A program made the translations under genes and the position numbers. From a virus, in IMG/VR virus record IMGVR_UViG_3300045988_066710: 64,000 bases of DNA; one strand, given 5' to 3'. A model generated the notes under the pieces. The model searched no databases. It was not told the origin of the DNA and saw nothing but the letters and a program-made list of their open reading frames with translations. The first letter of the stretch is position 1. Each line of letters begins with the position of its first letter. Below are positions 18,216-26,880 of the stretch, piece by piece.

Positions 18216-19166
18216 ATGAATGAAGAATCAACTATAACTCCACCTTTGGAGGTTAATATGGAACAAATAGTAAATACTACAGCTAATGTTCCAGAAGTTG
18301 CTATTGCTCCTTTAGAGATAACAGAAAGAGAAACAACATCAATATTAGAACCTGAAGAAGTAGTAGAAGAAGAATCAGAATCTATATTATCAGAAGAAGA
18401 TGAAGCTTTTTTGAATGAAGTTATTGAAAACCAACATCAGGAAATTCCTCTTATAAGTGAAGATTATCATGATGAAACTGCTAGATTTTCAGGAGCAGAA
18501 TGGTTTAATAAAATTAAAGAGAAAATTATTATTGTAGGAGGTGCAGGAGGTATTTCTTCAAATGCTATATTTCAATTAGCTAGAATACACCCTAAGAGTA
18601 TTTATATCTTTGATAATGATAAAGTTGAGGAAGTTAATCTTGCTGGACAAATGTTTGGTATCAAGGATATAGATAAATATAAAGTGGATGCCATAGCAGA
18701 AACTGTTAACCATTATAGTAAATATACTGATGTGTTTGCTATGCGAGAATTATATACTAGTAATAGTTTTACTTCTGATATTATGATTTGTGGCTTTGAT
18801 AATATGGAAGCTAGAAAGGTATTCTTTAATAACTGGAAAAAACATGTAGAATTGCAGAAAGATAAATCTAAATGTCTATATATTGATGCCCGATTGTCAT
18901 TTGATACTTTACAAATACTCACTATTGTAGGTACAGATACATATAATCAGGATAGATATGAAAAAGAATTCTTATTTTCTGATGAAGAAGCAGATGAAAC
19001 TGTATGTAGTTTAAAACAAACTACTTTTATGGCATGCATGATAGCTTCTTTTATTGTAAATAATGTAGTTAATTTCTGTGCTAATGAAATTGTTCCTATG
19101 ATAAAGCAATTACCTTTCTTTATAGAATATGATTGTAATATGATGTACTTAAAAGAAGAAGATTAA
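18216..19166 (+). CDS. ThiF/MoeB/E1-like adenylyltransferase with acidic N-terminal extension
   Basis: IIIVGGAGGISSNAIFQLARI...IYIFDNDKVEEVNLAGQMF matches the E1/ThiF Rossmann signature (GxGxxG...D.D.Ve.sNL.RQ). The N-terminal roughly 90 aa are Glu-rich. Confidence 0.75.
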   Translation: MNEESTITPPLEVNMEQIVNTTANVPEVAIAPLEITERETTSILEPEEVVEEESESILSEEDEAFLNEVIENQHQEIPLISEDYHDETARFSGAEWFNKIKEKIIIVGGAGGISSNAIFQLARIHPKSIYIFDNDKVEEVNLAGQMFGIKDIDKYKVDAIAETVNHYSKYTDVFAMRELYTSNSFTSDIMICGFDNMEARKVFFNNWKKHVELQKDKSKCLYIDARLSFDTLQILTIVGTDTYNQDRYEKEFLFSDEEADETVCSLKQTTFMACMIASFIVNNVVNFCANEIVPMIKQLPFFIEYDCNMMYLKEED

Positions 19167-19834
19167 TGATAAGTGAAAATATTAAAAATAATATAAATAG
19201 CTTTCTTGGTGTTACGTCAGCCTCTCTCTGTTCAACAGGTATACCTTTATTAGGAACAGAGAATAATCAATTCTCTCTATATATGACAAATCATATATTT
19301 AATGGTAAGATTACAGAGATTCCTATTTATAATTCTTTATCTTCGAGAGGAATAATTCCACTATTTACTTTTTCTTCTACTAGTATAAATGAAAGAAAAA
19401 CTTTTGGTCCTCTCTTAAAAGAGTTAAGTTTTACTAGAGGAGCAGGAGCATTAAATAGAGTTAGAGATAAAGATGGTAATCTTTATTATGGAATGAGAGG
19501 TTTAATACTTAATAGTAATTTAGAGCCATTAGTATTATGTACTATTAGACCTCCTAGAACATCATCAGCTACCACAGAACTTATACTTAGAGTAAGTCCT
19601 AAAGTTTTTAATAGTGATAATGTTGTATGTAAAGGTATTCAAAAGTATCTTATTGAATATTGTAGTACTGTCTCTAGATATTTTTCTATAGTAAGTGGTT
19701 TTACTACTATGACAGTTATCATTAACAATGATATTGATAAGTTTATAAGACATGCCAAGGCTCCTACCAATATTAATGTTAATGAGGAAATACAACAGCT
19801 TCTTGTAGATAATATAGATAAATTATGTCTTTAG
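19166..19834 (+). CDS. hypothetical protein, coupled to the E1-like gene
   Basis: ATG ORF of 222 aa. Its start overlaps the E1-like stop by 1 nt (TAATG) and its 3' end overlaps the UDG start. Confidence 0.55.
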   Translation: MISENIKNNINSFLGVTSASLCSTGIPLLGTENNQFSLYMTNHIFNGKITEIPIYNSLSSRGIIPLFTFSSTSINERKTFGPLLKELSFTRGAGALNRVRDKDGNLYYGMRGLILNSNLEPLVLCTIRPPRTSSATTELILRVSPKVFNSDNVVCKGIQKYLIEYCSTVSRYFSIVSGFTTMTVIINNDIDKFIRHAKAPTNINVNEEIQQLLVDNIDKLCL

Positions 19835-20430
19835 AGGAATATTTTGGAGATTGGTTAAAAGTAATAGATAAGAAAGTATTATATGAGACAATTAATACAC
19901 TTAATTCTAGCAATACTGTTAATTTGTGTCCTAATTATAATGACATCTTTAATTGCTTTAAAGCTTGTAAATTATCTAAATTAAAGGTAGTTATATTAGG
20001 TTTAAGTCCTTATCCACAATTAGGTAAGGCTACTGGAATTGCTTTTGGTAACAATATAAAAACACTTGATAAAGATCTATCACCATCCTTACAAGTTATA
20101 AAAGAATCAGTTATCAATTATGAAATTCCACAAAATAGTAGTATCTTTGACCCCAGTTTTGAAGATTGGGAGAAGCAAGGAGTATTAATGTTGAATTGTG
20201 CATTGACATGTAAAGCAGGTCTCCCTAGTTCTCATTTAGGACTATGGAGACCTTTTATATCTAAACTAATATATAATATGTCTAGATATATGACTGCTTG
20301 TGTATATGTATTATTTGGTGAAGAAGCTAAAACTTTTGAACCTTATATCTCTCAATATAATTATGTAATTAAAGAAAAACATCCTTCATATTATGCTAGG
20401 AATCATAAGAAACTTAGATATAATTTGTAG
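19825..20430 (+). CDS. ung: uracil-DNA glycosylase (family 1-like)
   Basis: VILGLSPYPQLGKATGIAFG compares with the canonical VILGQDPYHgpgQAhGLaFS. GVLMLNCALT compares with GVLLLNtvLT. KHPSYYA compares with HPSPLS. Confidence 0.75.
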   Translation: MSLEEYFGDWLKVIDKKVLYETINTLNSSNTVNLCPNYNDIFNCFKACKLSKLKVVILGLSPYPQLGKATGIAFGNNIKTLDKDLSPSLQVIKESVINYEIPQNSSIFDPSFEDWEKQGVLMLNCALTCKAGLPSSHLGLWRPFISKLIYNMSRYMTACVYVLFGEEAKTFEPYISQYNYVIKEKHPSYYARNHKKLRYNL

Positions 20431-20474
20431 GATGAAATAAATAATCATTTAAACAATAAAATAAAATTTAAAAG

Positions 20475-20792
20475 ATGAAAAAGTATTATTTTAAAGGTAC
20501 TAATCAAGAAGTTAAATTAGGTGATAAGATTACACAGATTATTACCTGTAGTAATGGTAAGCAATTTAAGTGTAATAGTACTGTAGATGAAGCTACTATT
20601 GAAGATTTACTTAATAGAAATTCTATTGAAGCTAAGGAAGTTATTCCTGTACAGAAGAGTATATATAGAAAACATGGTAAAAGAGGTCCTATGCCAAAAG
20701 AACCTAATATTAAGGTAATTAATCTTAATAATAAAGAAGAATTTAAAGAGTTTATTAATGTTTTAACTGGTATTATTAGTGGCAAATGTTAA
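20475..20792 (+). CDS. hypothetical protein
   Basis: ATG ORF of 105 aa. The antisense ORF in the track is low-complexity. Confidence 0.5.
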   Translation: MKKYYFKGTNQEVKLGDKITQIITCSNGKQFKCNSTVDEATIEDLLNRNSIEAKEVIPVQKSIYRKHGKRGPMPKEPNIKVINLNNKEEFKEFINVLTGIISGKC

Positions 20793-21282
20793 TAAGAAGA
20801 TTAGGAATGCTACTGTAAATAAACAAGGTAATATTACCTTTAAAAGTATATTGGAGAAAACCTGTTTCAATACATTAATTGAGGCAGGTTTTAATCCTCT
20901 ATATGAACCTAAGAAACATGTAGTATTTCCTTCATTTAAACCTATTACTCCTTTTTATGATAAGGAAACAGATTCTCAACATGAAAAGAGAGTAAAAGAG
21001 TTAGGTAAACCTTCACCTAAATTACTTAGATTATGTGATGGACTTATACAGCCTATTACATATTTACCTGACATATATCTTAAATATAAAGATATAGATG
21101 TATGGATAGAATGTAAGGGATTCTCAAATGAAGTTTTTCCATATAAAAGAAAACTATTTAGGAAATACCTTGATAATATTCTTACTGCTACAGGACAAAA
21201 GAGTATTTATTTTGAAGTTTATAGTAAAAAACAGCTTTTACAAGCTATAGAAATATTTAAAGAATATGCTGAAAAGTCTTAA
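20779..21282 (+). CDS. T7 endonuclease I-like Holliday-junction resolvase (PD-(D/E)XK fold)
   Basis: FKSILEKTCFNTLIEAGF...YEPKK, then ITYLPDIYLKYKDIDVWIECKGF, parallels T7 endo I (S.LE....L...G....YE ... YTPDFLLPNGIFVETKG). There is no in-frame ATG near the 5' end, so a GTG start at 20779 is assumed. Confidence 0.65.
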   Translation: MANVNKKIRNATVNKQGNITFKSILEKTCFNTLIEAGFNPLYEPKKHVVFPSFKPITPFYDKETDSQHEKRVKELGKPSPKLLRLCDGLIQPITYLPDIYLKYKDIDVWIECKGFSNEVFPYKRKLFRKYLDNILTATGQKSIYFEVYSKKQLLQAIEIFKEYAEKS

Positions 21283-22312
21283 AGATATATCTTGGTTAGT
21301 GACAGAAGAAACCTATAGAGCTGATAAAGCTCTTAGTTATTCTACTATATCTAAATTTAAGAGAGAAGGATTTGAACATTTAGATACATTATTTGATAAG
21401 GTTGAAAGTCCTTCTTTATTGTTAGGTTCTTTAGTAGATTGTTTAACTACTGACCCTCCTGAAGAATATGAAAGAAGGTATTTAGTAGCAGAATTCCCTC
21501 CTATTACTGATAAAGTAGAAACTATTGTAAAATCTTTATTTAATAGTTATTCAAGTACTTATGATTCATTATATAAGATACCAGATAATCTTATTATAGA
21601 TTCTACAAATATTAATGGATTTCAGTTAAATTGGAAACCAGAAACTAGAGCAAAAGTAATTAAGGAAAAAGCATCTGATTACTATAATTTATTGTACTTA
21701 GCTAAAGATAAAATCTTAATAAGTACAGAACTTAATGATATAGCACATCAGATGGCTAATGCTCTTATTGAAAGTTCTCAAACTGCATTATATTTTAAAA
21801 AGAATAATCCTTTTGATGATTGTGAAAATCTTTATCAATTAAAGTTTAAAGCAGAAATAGATGGTGTTCCTTATAGATGCATGATAGACGCTTGTAGAAT
21901 AAATTATAAAGATAAGACTATTCAACCTATAGATGTAAAGACATCATATAAACCTACATATAATTTCTATAAGTCATTTATAGAGTGGAATTATGCATAT
22001 CAATGTAGATTATATGCAAGAATTCTTAAACTTAATATTGAAAAAGATGAATACTTTAAAGACTTCACAATTTTACCTTATAAAGATATAGTAATTTCTA
22101 AGTCTAATATGATTCCACTTGTATGGGATTGTGATTTTACTTTTGTAGAAGGTACATTATATCTTGGTAAAAATAATCAAATTAAACTTGAAGCACCTTG
22201 GGAAGTAGGTAAAGAACTTTGGTATTATATCTCTACAGGAGCCACAGTTCCTATGGGAATAAATATTGAAAGTTCAAATGATTTGAGAACTTGGATAGAT
22301 AAAATGGAATAA
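21266..22312 (+). CDS. RecB/Cas4-like PD-(D/E)XK nuclease (putative recombination exonuclease)
   Basis: MIDACRINYKDKTIQPIDVKTSYKP (D...D-x-K-T) followed by YAYQCRLYARIL (a Q-x-x-x-Y-type motif). Confidence 0.65.
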   Translation: MLKSLKDISWLVTEETYRADKALSYSTISKFKREGFEHLDTLFDKVESPSLLLGSLVDCLTTDPPEEYERRYLVAEFPPITDKVETIVKSLFNSYSSTYDSLYKIPDNLIIDSTNINGFQLNWKPETRAKVIKEKASDYYNLLYLAKDKILISTELNDIAHQMANALIESSQTALYFKKNNPFDDCENLYQLKFKAEIDGVPYRCMIDACRINYKDKTIQPIDVKTSYKPTYNFYKSFIEWNYAYQCRLYARILKLNIEKDEYFKDFTILPYKDIVISKSNMIPLVWDCDFTFVEGTLYLGKNNQIKLEAPWEVGKELWYYISTGATVPMGINIESSNDLRTWIDKME

Positions 22313-22331
22313 TGTTTAATTAAAATAATAT

Positions 22332-24449
22332 ATGACATATGTAATAAAAAGAGATGGTAGTAAAGTTAAATGGGATTCAAATAAAATAGTAAATGCTATT
22401 AGGAAGGCTTTTGAGTCCTGTAAGGAAGAAGACAAATTTAATGAGAATGAGTTTAAAGAATTTGCTAATAACTTTACTGCTGATACTATTGATATTGAAA
22501 GTATTCAAGATACAGTAGAATATTATCTTATGGGTAATTATCCTAATATTGCTAAAGCTTATATTATACGTAGAAAAGAAAGAGCTAAAATAAGGGACTT
22601 TAAGTATAATAAAACTTACTATAATACAGTATTAGGTCTTCTTAATGGAGAAACTAATGATGTTAGTAAAGAAAATGCTAATAAAGACCCTAAACAATTC
22701 TTTACTATGAGAGATTTAGTAGCAGGAGAAACCTGTAAGAAAATATATAAGGATTTCATTATGGATCCTAAATTGCTTGAATTACATAATAAAGGTATTA
22801 TTCATGTACATGATACTGATTATAGAGCTATGAAAGGAATGACAAATTGTTGTCTTATAAATCTTAAAGATATGCTTATTAATGGTACTTGTGTACAGGG
22901 TAAAAGAATTCATGATATTCATTCTTTAATTGTAGCTTCTAATGTTACTACTCAGATAATTGCAGCAGTAGGAAGCAGTCAATATGGAGGTATTACTATT
23001 GATATTTCTCATTTATCTCCTTTTATTGAAAGAAGTAAAATTAAGTATAGAGATATTTTTAAAGAACTTGATAGTCCTATACAGGAGAAATATGTAAATA
23101 CTTTCATTAAAAAAGAAATAGTAGATTCTATTCAACTTATTCAATATCAACTTAATACTTTAACTACTACTAATGGTCAAAGTCCTTTTATTACAATAGC
23201 TTGTAATACTAATGGTCAGAATGATGAATATCCTGAATATACTGCAATGCTTATTGAAGAATTCTTGAAACAGAGAATTAAAGGTATGGAAGGACCAAAT
23301 GGTAATAATATTAATCCTTCTTTTCCTAAGATTGTATATATACTTACTGAAAATAATATTAAAGAAGGAACTAAATATTATTACCTTACTAAACTTGCAG
23401 CAAAGTGTACAGCTAAAAGAATGGTTCCAGATTGTATGTCTGAGAAGATTTGTAAGCAATATAAAGAAGGTAGAGTAATCCCTCCTATGGGTTGTAGGTC
23501 TATACTTACTCCTTGGAAGAATAAAGAAGGAAATTATCAGGAATTTGGTAGATTTAATATAGGAGTATTTAGTATTAATCTTCCTTATTTAGCACTAGAT
23601 TCTACTACAATAGAAGAATTTAAAGAGAAACTTGTTGATATGATAGATTTTCTATCAGAGCAACAATATAAAGTATACAAAACTATATGTAACCAACCAG
23701 TAGATATAGCACCAATTCTATGGATGGATGGAGCTTTCTTTAGAGCTAAATCTGGACAGAAGATAGGAGAAATCTTACCTAAAGGTTATTGTACTGCATC
23801 TATTGGTTATATTGGTTTAGCAGAATGTGCTTATAGATTTAATATTGACTATCCTACAGAAGAAGGACAGAAATTTGGATTAGATATTATGAAAGTATTC
23901 TATGATAGAGTACAATTTAATGCTAAGAAATATGAACTTTCTTTAAGTATTTATGGTACTCCTGCTGAAAATACTACTACTACTTTTGCTAAAGCTTTAA
24001 AAGTATTTCCTACTATTAAGAATGTTAATGATAAAAATTATGTAACTAATAGTTATCATGTTCCTGTATGGTATAATATAGATGGTTATAACAAAATTAA
24101 ATTTGAAGCTCCTTTTCAAAAATATAGTTCAGGAGGTTGTATTTCTTATATAGAAATGCCAGATATTAATCACAATACAGAAAGTGTACTTAATATAATG
24201 CAGTATATTTATGACCATATGATGTATTGTGAATTAAATACTACTTCTTGTGATGTATGTTATAAATGTGGTTATCATGGTCAAATAGAATTATTAGGAG
24301 ATAATAATTTTAGATGTCCTAATTGTGGTAATACTAATAGTTTATCTTTATATGTTCAACGTAGATTATGTGGTTATCTAGGCACATTAACTAATGGTAC
24401 TTCTATTGGTAGAGAAGGAGATATTATGGATAGAGTAAAACACTTTTAA
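22332..24449 (+). CDS. nrdD: anaerobic (class III) ribonucleoside-triphosphate reductase
   Basis: N-terminal ATP-cone (VIKRDGSKVKWDSNKIVNAIRKAF), C-terminal zinc site CDVCYKCGY...CPNCG and a glycyl-radical motif RRLCGYLG. Confidence 0.9.
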   Translation: MTYVIKRDGSKVKWDSNKIVNAIRKAFESCKEEDKFNENEFKEFANNFTADTIDIESIQDTVEYYLMGNYPNIAKAYIIRRKERAKIRDFKYNKTYYNTVLGLLNGETNDVSKENANKDPKQFFTMRDLVAGETCKKIYKDFIMDPKLLELHNKGIIHVHDTDYRAMKGMTNCCLINLKDMLINGTCVQGKRIHDIHSLIVASNVTTQIIAAVGSSQYGGITIDISHLSPFIERSKIKYRDIFKELDSPIQEKYVNTFIKKEIVDSIQLIQYQLNTLTTTNGQSPFITIACNTNGQNDEYPEYTAMLIEEFLKQRIKGMEGPNGNNINPSFPKIVYILTENNIKEGTKYYYLTKLAAKCTAKRMVPDCMSEKICKQYKEGRVIPPMGCRSILTPWKNKEGNYQEFGRFNIGVFSINLPYLALDSTTIEEFKEKLVDMIDFLSEQQYKVYKTICNQPVDIAPILWMDGAFFRAKSGQKIGEILPKGYCTASIGYIGLAECAYRFNIDYPTEEGQKFGLDIMKVFYDRVQFNAKKYELSLSIYGTPAENTTTTFAKALKVFPTIKNVNDKNYVTNSYHVPVWYNIDGYNKIKFEAPFQKYSSGGCISYIEMPDINHNTESVLNIMQYIYDHMMYCELNTTSCDVCYKCGYHGQIELLGDNNFRCPNCGNTNSLSLYVQRRLCGYLGTLTNGTSIGREGDIMDRVKHF

Positions 24450-24450
24450 T

Positions 24451-25023
24451 ATGAATATAATTGATTTAAAACAATATGATGTAATTAATGGTTTAGGAAT
24501 AAGAACTTCTATATGGTTTGCAGGTTGTAGTAATCATTGTGAAGGTTGCTGGTCTCCTAATACTTGGAATCCAAATCAAGGTAAGACATTAAAAGATTGT
24601 TTATCTAGAATTGAAGAGTATCTTAAAGATGAAAAGACTGATGGTGTATCTATATTAGGAGGAGACCCACTCTATTCTATCTTCTCTGGTATAGGAGCCT
24701 CAGAATTAATCCAACTGCTTAAATTATGTAAATCATATAATAAGAATATATGGCTTTGGACAGGATATACTCTAGATAAAATTGTAGAGAAATGTCCTGA
24801 AGTATTAGGTTATATTGATGTACTTATTGATGGTAAATATATTAAGGAGAAAAGAGATTTAAATCTTTATTTTAGAGGTTCTAGAAATCAAAGAATCATA
24901 TTCTTTGATAAGCCTAAAGAAGAATATAAATTTAAGTATTATGTAGCTACTTATGTTAATGATATTAGTATTGGGGGTCCACATTATTTAATGACAGAAT
25001 ATAATAAAGAAAGTTTATTATGA
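24451..25023 (+). CDS. nrdG: anaerobic ribonucleotide reductase activating protein (radical SAM)
   Basis: CSNHCEGC (CxxxCxxC) near the N-terminus, plus ILGGDPL. It lies immediately downstream of nrdD. Confidence 0.85.
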   Translation: MNIIDLKQYDVINGLGIRTSIWFAGCSNHCEGCWSPNTWNPNQGKTLKDCLSRIEEYLKDEKTDGVSILGGDPLYSIFSGIGASELIQLLKLCKSYNKNIWLWTGYTLDKIVEKCPEVLGYIDVLIDGKYIKEKRDLNLYFRGSRNQRIIFFDKPKEEYKFKYYVATYVNDISIGGPHYLMTEYNKESLL

Positions 25024-25394
25024 TACAATCTAAAAGAATAGGTGTATTAGAATTTAGGGAGGCTAGTTATGTAGATAACAAGCCTCCTTTTGTATCTTAT
25101 GATATAGTTAAATGGTATCCTAATCTTTATTATGGTAAGGAAAATGAATATATAAAACTAAATCATGAATTTTATTGTTATCCTAAGAATACTGGTTGTA
25201 GAATACATAAGGATTTATTTAAAAGTAAAGAATTATGTATAGTATTAGCTACTTTTAGATATGATTATCAAGAAGAATGCTATAATTTTGAATTTATAGG
25301 AGACAAACCCCTACAATTAGATACTTGGGATAATTTTAAAGAGTTAGTTAAATATGGATTTGAGCAATTAAATCCTCAATGGTATGAAAAATGA
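25020..25394 (+). CDS. hypothetical protein
   Basis: ATG ORF of 124 aa, coupled by ATGA overlaps to both radical-SAM genes. Confidence 0.55.
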   Translation: MIQSKRIGVLEFREASYVDNKPPFVSYDIVKWYPNLYYGKENEYIKLNHEFYCYPKNTGCRIHKDLFKSKELCIVLATFRYDYQEECYNFEFIGDKPLQLDTWDNFKELVKYGFEQLNPQWYEK

Positions 25395-25888
25395 AATATC
25401 AATATGCAAAAGTAACATTTCAAGAAATTCCTGATGAAATCACTTTATGTATTGCTATATCTGGATGTAAAGTTCATTGTAAAGACTGTAACCAGAAAAA
25501 TCTTTGGAAAGATGAAGGTAAAGATTTAAATATACAGGAATTAGATAATCTTATTAATGCTAATAAAGGTATTACTTGTGTATGCTTTATGGGAGAAGGG
25601 GAAGAATTACCTATGTTATGGTACTATATTAAGATGACTAAAGAAGATAGTAATCTTAAAACTGCCTTATATATAGGTAGAGACTTTAATATGACTATGA
25701 AACTATATGGGGATTTCTTTAGTTGTTTAGATTATCTTAAAGTAGGTTCCTATATATCTAATCTAGGAGGTTTAGATTCAAAGACTACTAATCAAAGATT
25801 ATATAGTCTTAAAGGAATAAAAACAGAAGGAGAGTTTACAGATTATGAAACTGTCTTTACTGATATAACTTATAAATTACAAAAATAG
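25391..25888 (+). CDS. second NrdG-like radical-SAM activase paralog
   Basis: ISGCKVHCKDCNQKNLW contains CxxxCxxC at the same N-terminal position as in NrdG, plus CFMGEGE (a GGE-like SAM motif). 165 aa. Confidence 0.6.
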   Translation: MKYQYAKVTFQEIPDEITLCIAISGCKVHCKDCNQKNLWKDEGKDLNIQELDNLINANKGITCVCFMGEGEELPMLWYYIKMTKEDSNLKTALYIGRDFNMTMKLYGDFFSCLDYLKVGSYISNLGGLDSKTTNQRLYSLKGIKTEGEFTDYETVFTDITYKLQK

Positions 25889-25912
25889 TTTAATATTTTA
25901 AATTAAAAAAGA

Positions 25913-26392
25913 ATGAAATTAAAGATTAAAGTTAAGGAGATTACTAAAGGCTGTATGCCAGAAATCATTGAACAGGGTGATTGGATTGATTTAAAACTTG
26001 CAGAAGATGTAAGATTTACAGGTCCAGAAGTACAATCTAGAAAGATTAAATATCTTCCTTTAGGTATTGCTATGGAACTTCCTAAAGGATTTGAAGCTTA
26101 TGTACTTCCTAGAAGTTCTACACCTAATAAGTGGAATATTGAACTTGCTAATTCTCAAGGAATTATTGATGAGTCCTATAAGGGAAATGATGATGAATGG
26201 AGATATATTGCTAAAGCATTTAAAGCTGTGGAAATTCCAAAGGGTACTAGAATTTGTCAATTTAGGATTATGCCTAAGATGAATGCAAGTATTTTAACTA
26301 AGCTTAAATGGTTATTTAGTAATGGTGTAGAGCTTATTAAGGTAGATAATCTTAATAATGATAATAGAGGGGGTATTGGTAGTACAAACTAA
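25913..26392 (+). CDS. dut: dUTP diphosphatase (trimeric dUTPase)
   Basis: GIIDESYKGNDDEW (motif 3, G-x-ID-x-x-Y-x-G) and C-terminal NRGGIGSTN (motif 5, RG-x-x-GFGSTG). Confidence 0.85.
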   Translation: MKLKIKVKEITKGCMPEIIEQGDWIDLKLAEDVRFTGPEVQSRKIKYLPLGIAMELPKGFEAYVLPRSSTPNKWNIELANSQGIIDESYKGNDDEWRYIAKAFKAVEIPKGTRICQFRIMPKMNASILTKLKWLFSNGVELIKVDNLNNDNRGGIGSTN

Positions 26393-26880
26393 TGATTTAT
26401 ATTGGTATTAGTATTATTGTTCTTTTAGCAGTTATGGGAGCATACATTATGTATGCTGCCTATGCTAAAGGTAAAGATGTAATGTCTTTTAAACAATCAA
26501 TAGAATTATGTGATCTACCAATAATAACATTCTATATTGGAGAAAAGAAATTAAACTTTATATTAGATACAGGCTGTATACAATCTATGCTTGATGCTGA
26601 TATTATAGATAAATATAAATTAAATGTTTCCTATATTGGAAAAAACTTTGAAGTATGGGGAGCTAACGGTAAATGTTCTACAGATAAAATGGGTGTTTTA
26701 GGTCTTTATTATAATAATAAGAAATTTGAAGAAACATTTGTTTGTAGTAGTACAATTAAACATACATTTAGTTGGCTTAAGCAGAATAAAGGTGTAATAG
26801 TACATGGTTTATTAGGTTCTAATTTCTTTAATACATATAAATATATATTAGATTTTAATAAATTAGAATTTAAAAGATGA
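26392..26880 (+). CDS. membrane-anchored retropepsin-like aspartic protease
   Basis: N-terminal TM segment IYIGISIIVLLAVMGAYIMYAAY, catalytic-type FILDTGCIQSML (D-T-G) and C-terminal GLLGSNFF (compare the retropepsin iLG.dfL). Confidence 0.55.
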   Translation: MIYIGISIIVLLAVMGAYIMYAAYAKGKDVMSFKQSIELCDLPIITFYIGEKKLNFILDTGCIQSMLDADIIDKYKLNVSYIGKNFEVWGANGKCSTDKMGVLGLYYNNKKFEETFVCSSTIKHTFSWLKQNKGVIVHGLLGSNFFNTYKYILDFNKLEFKR

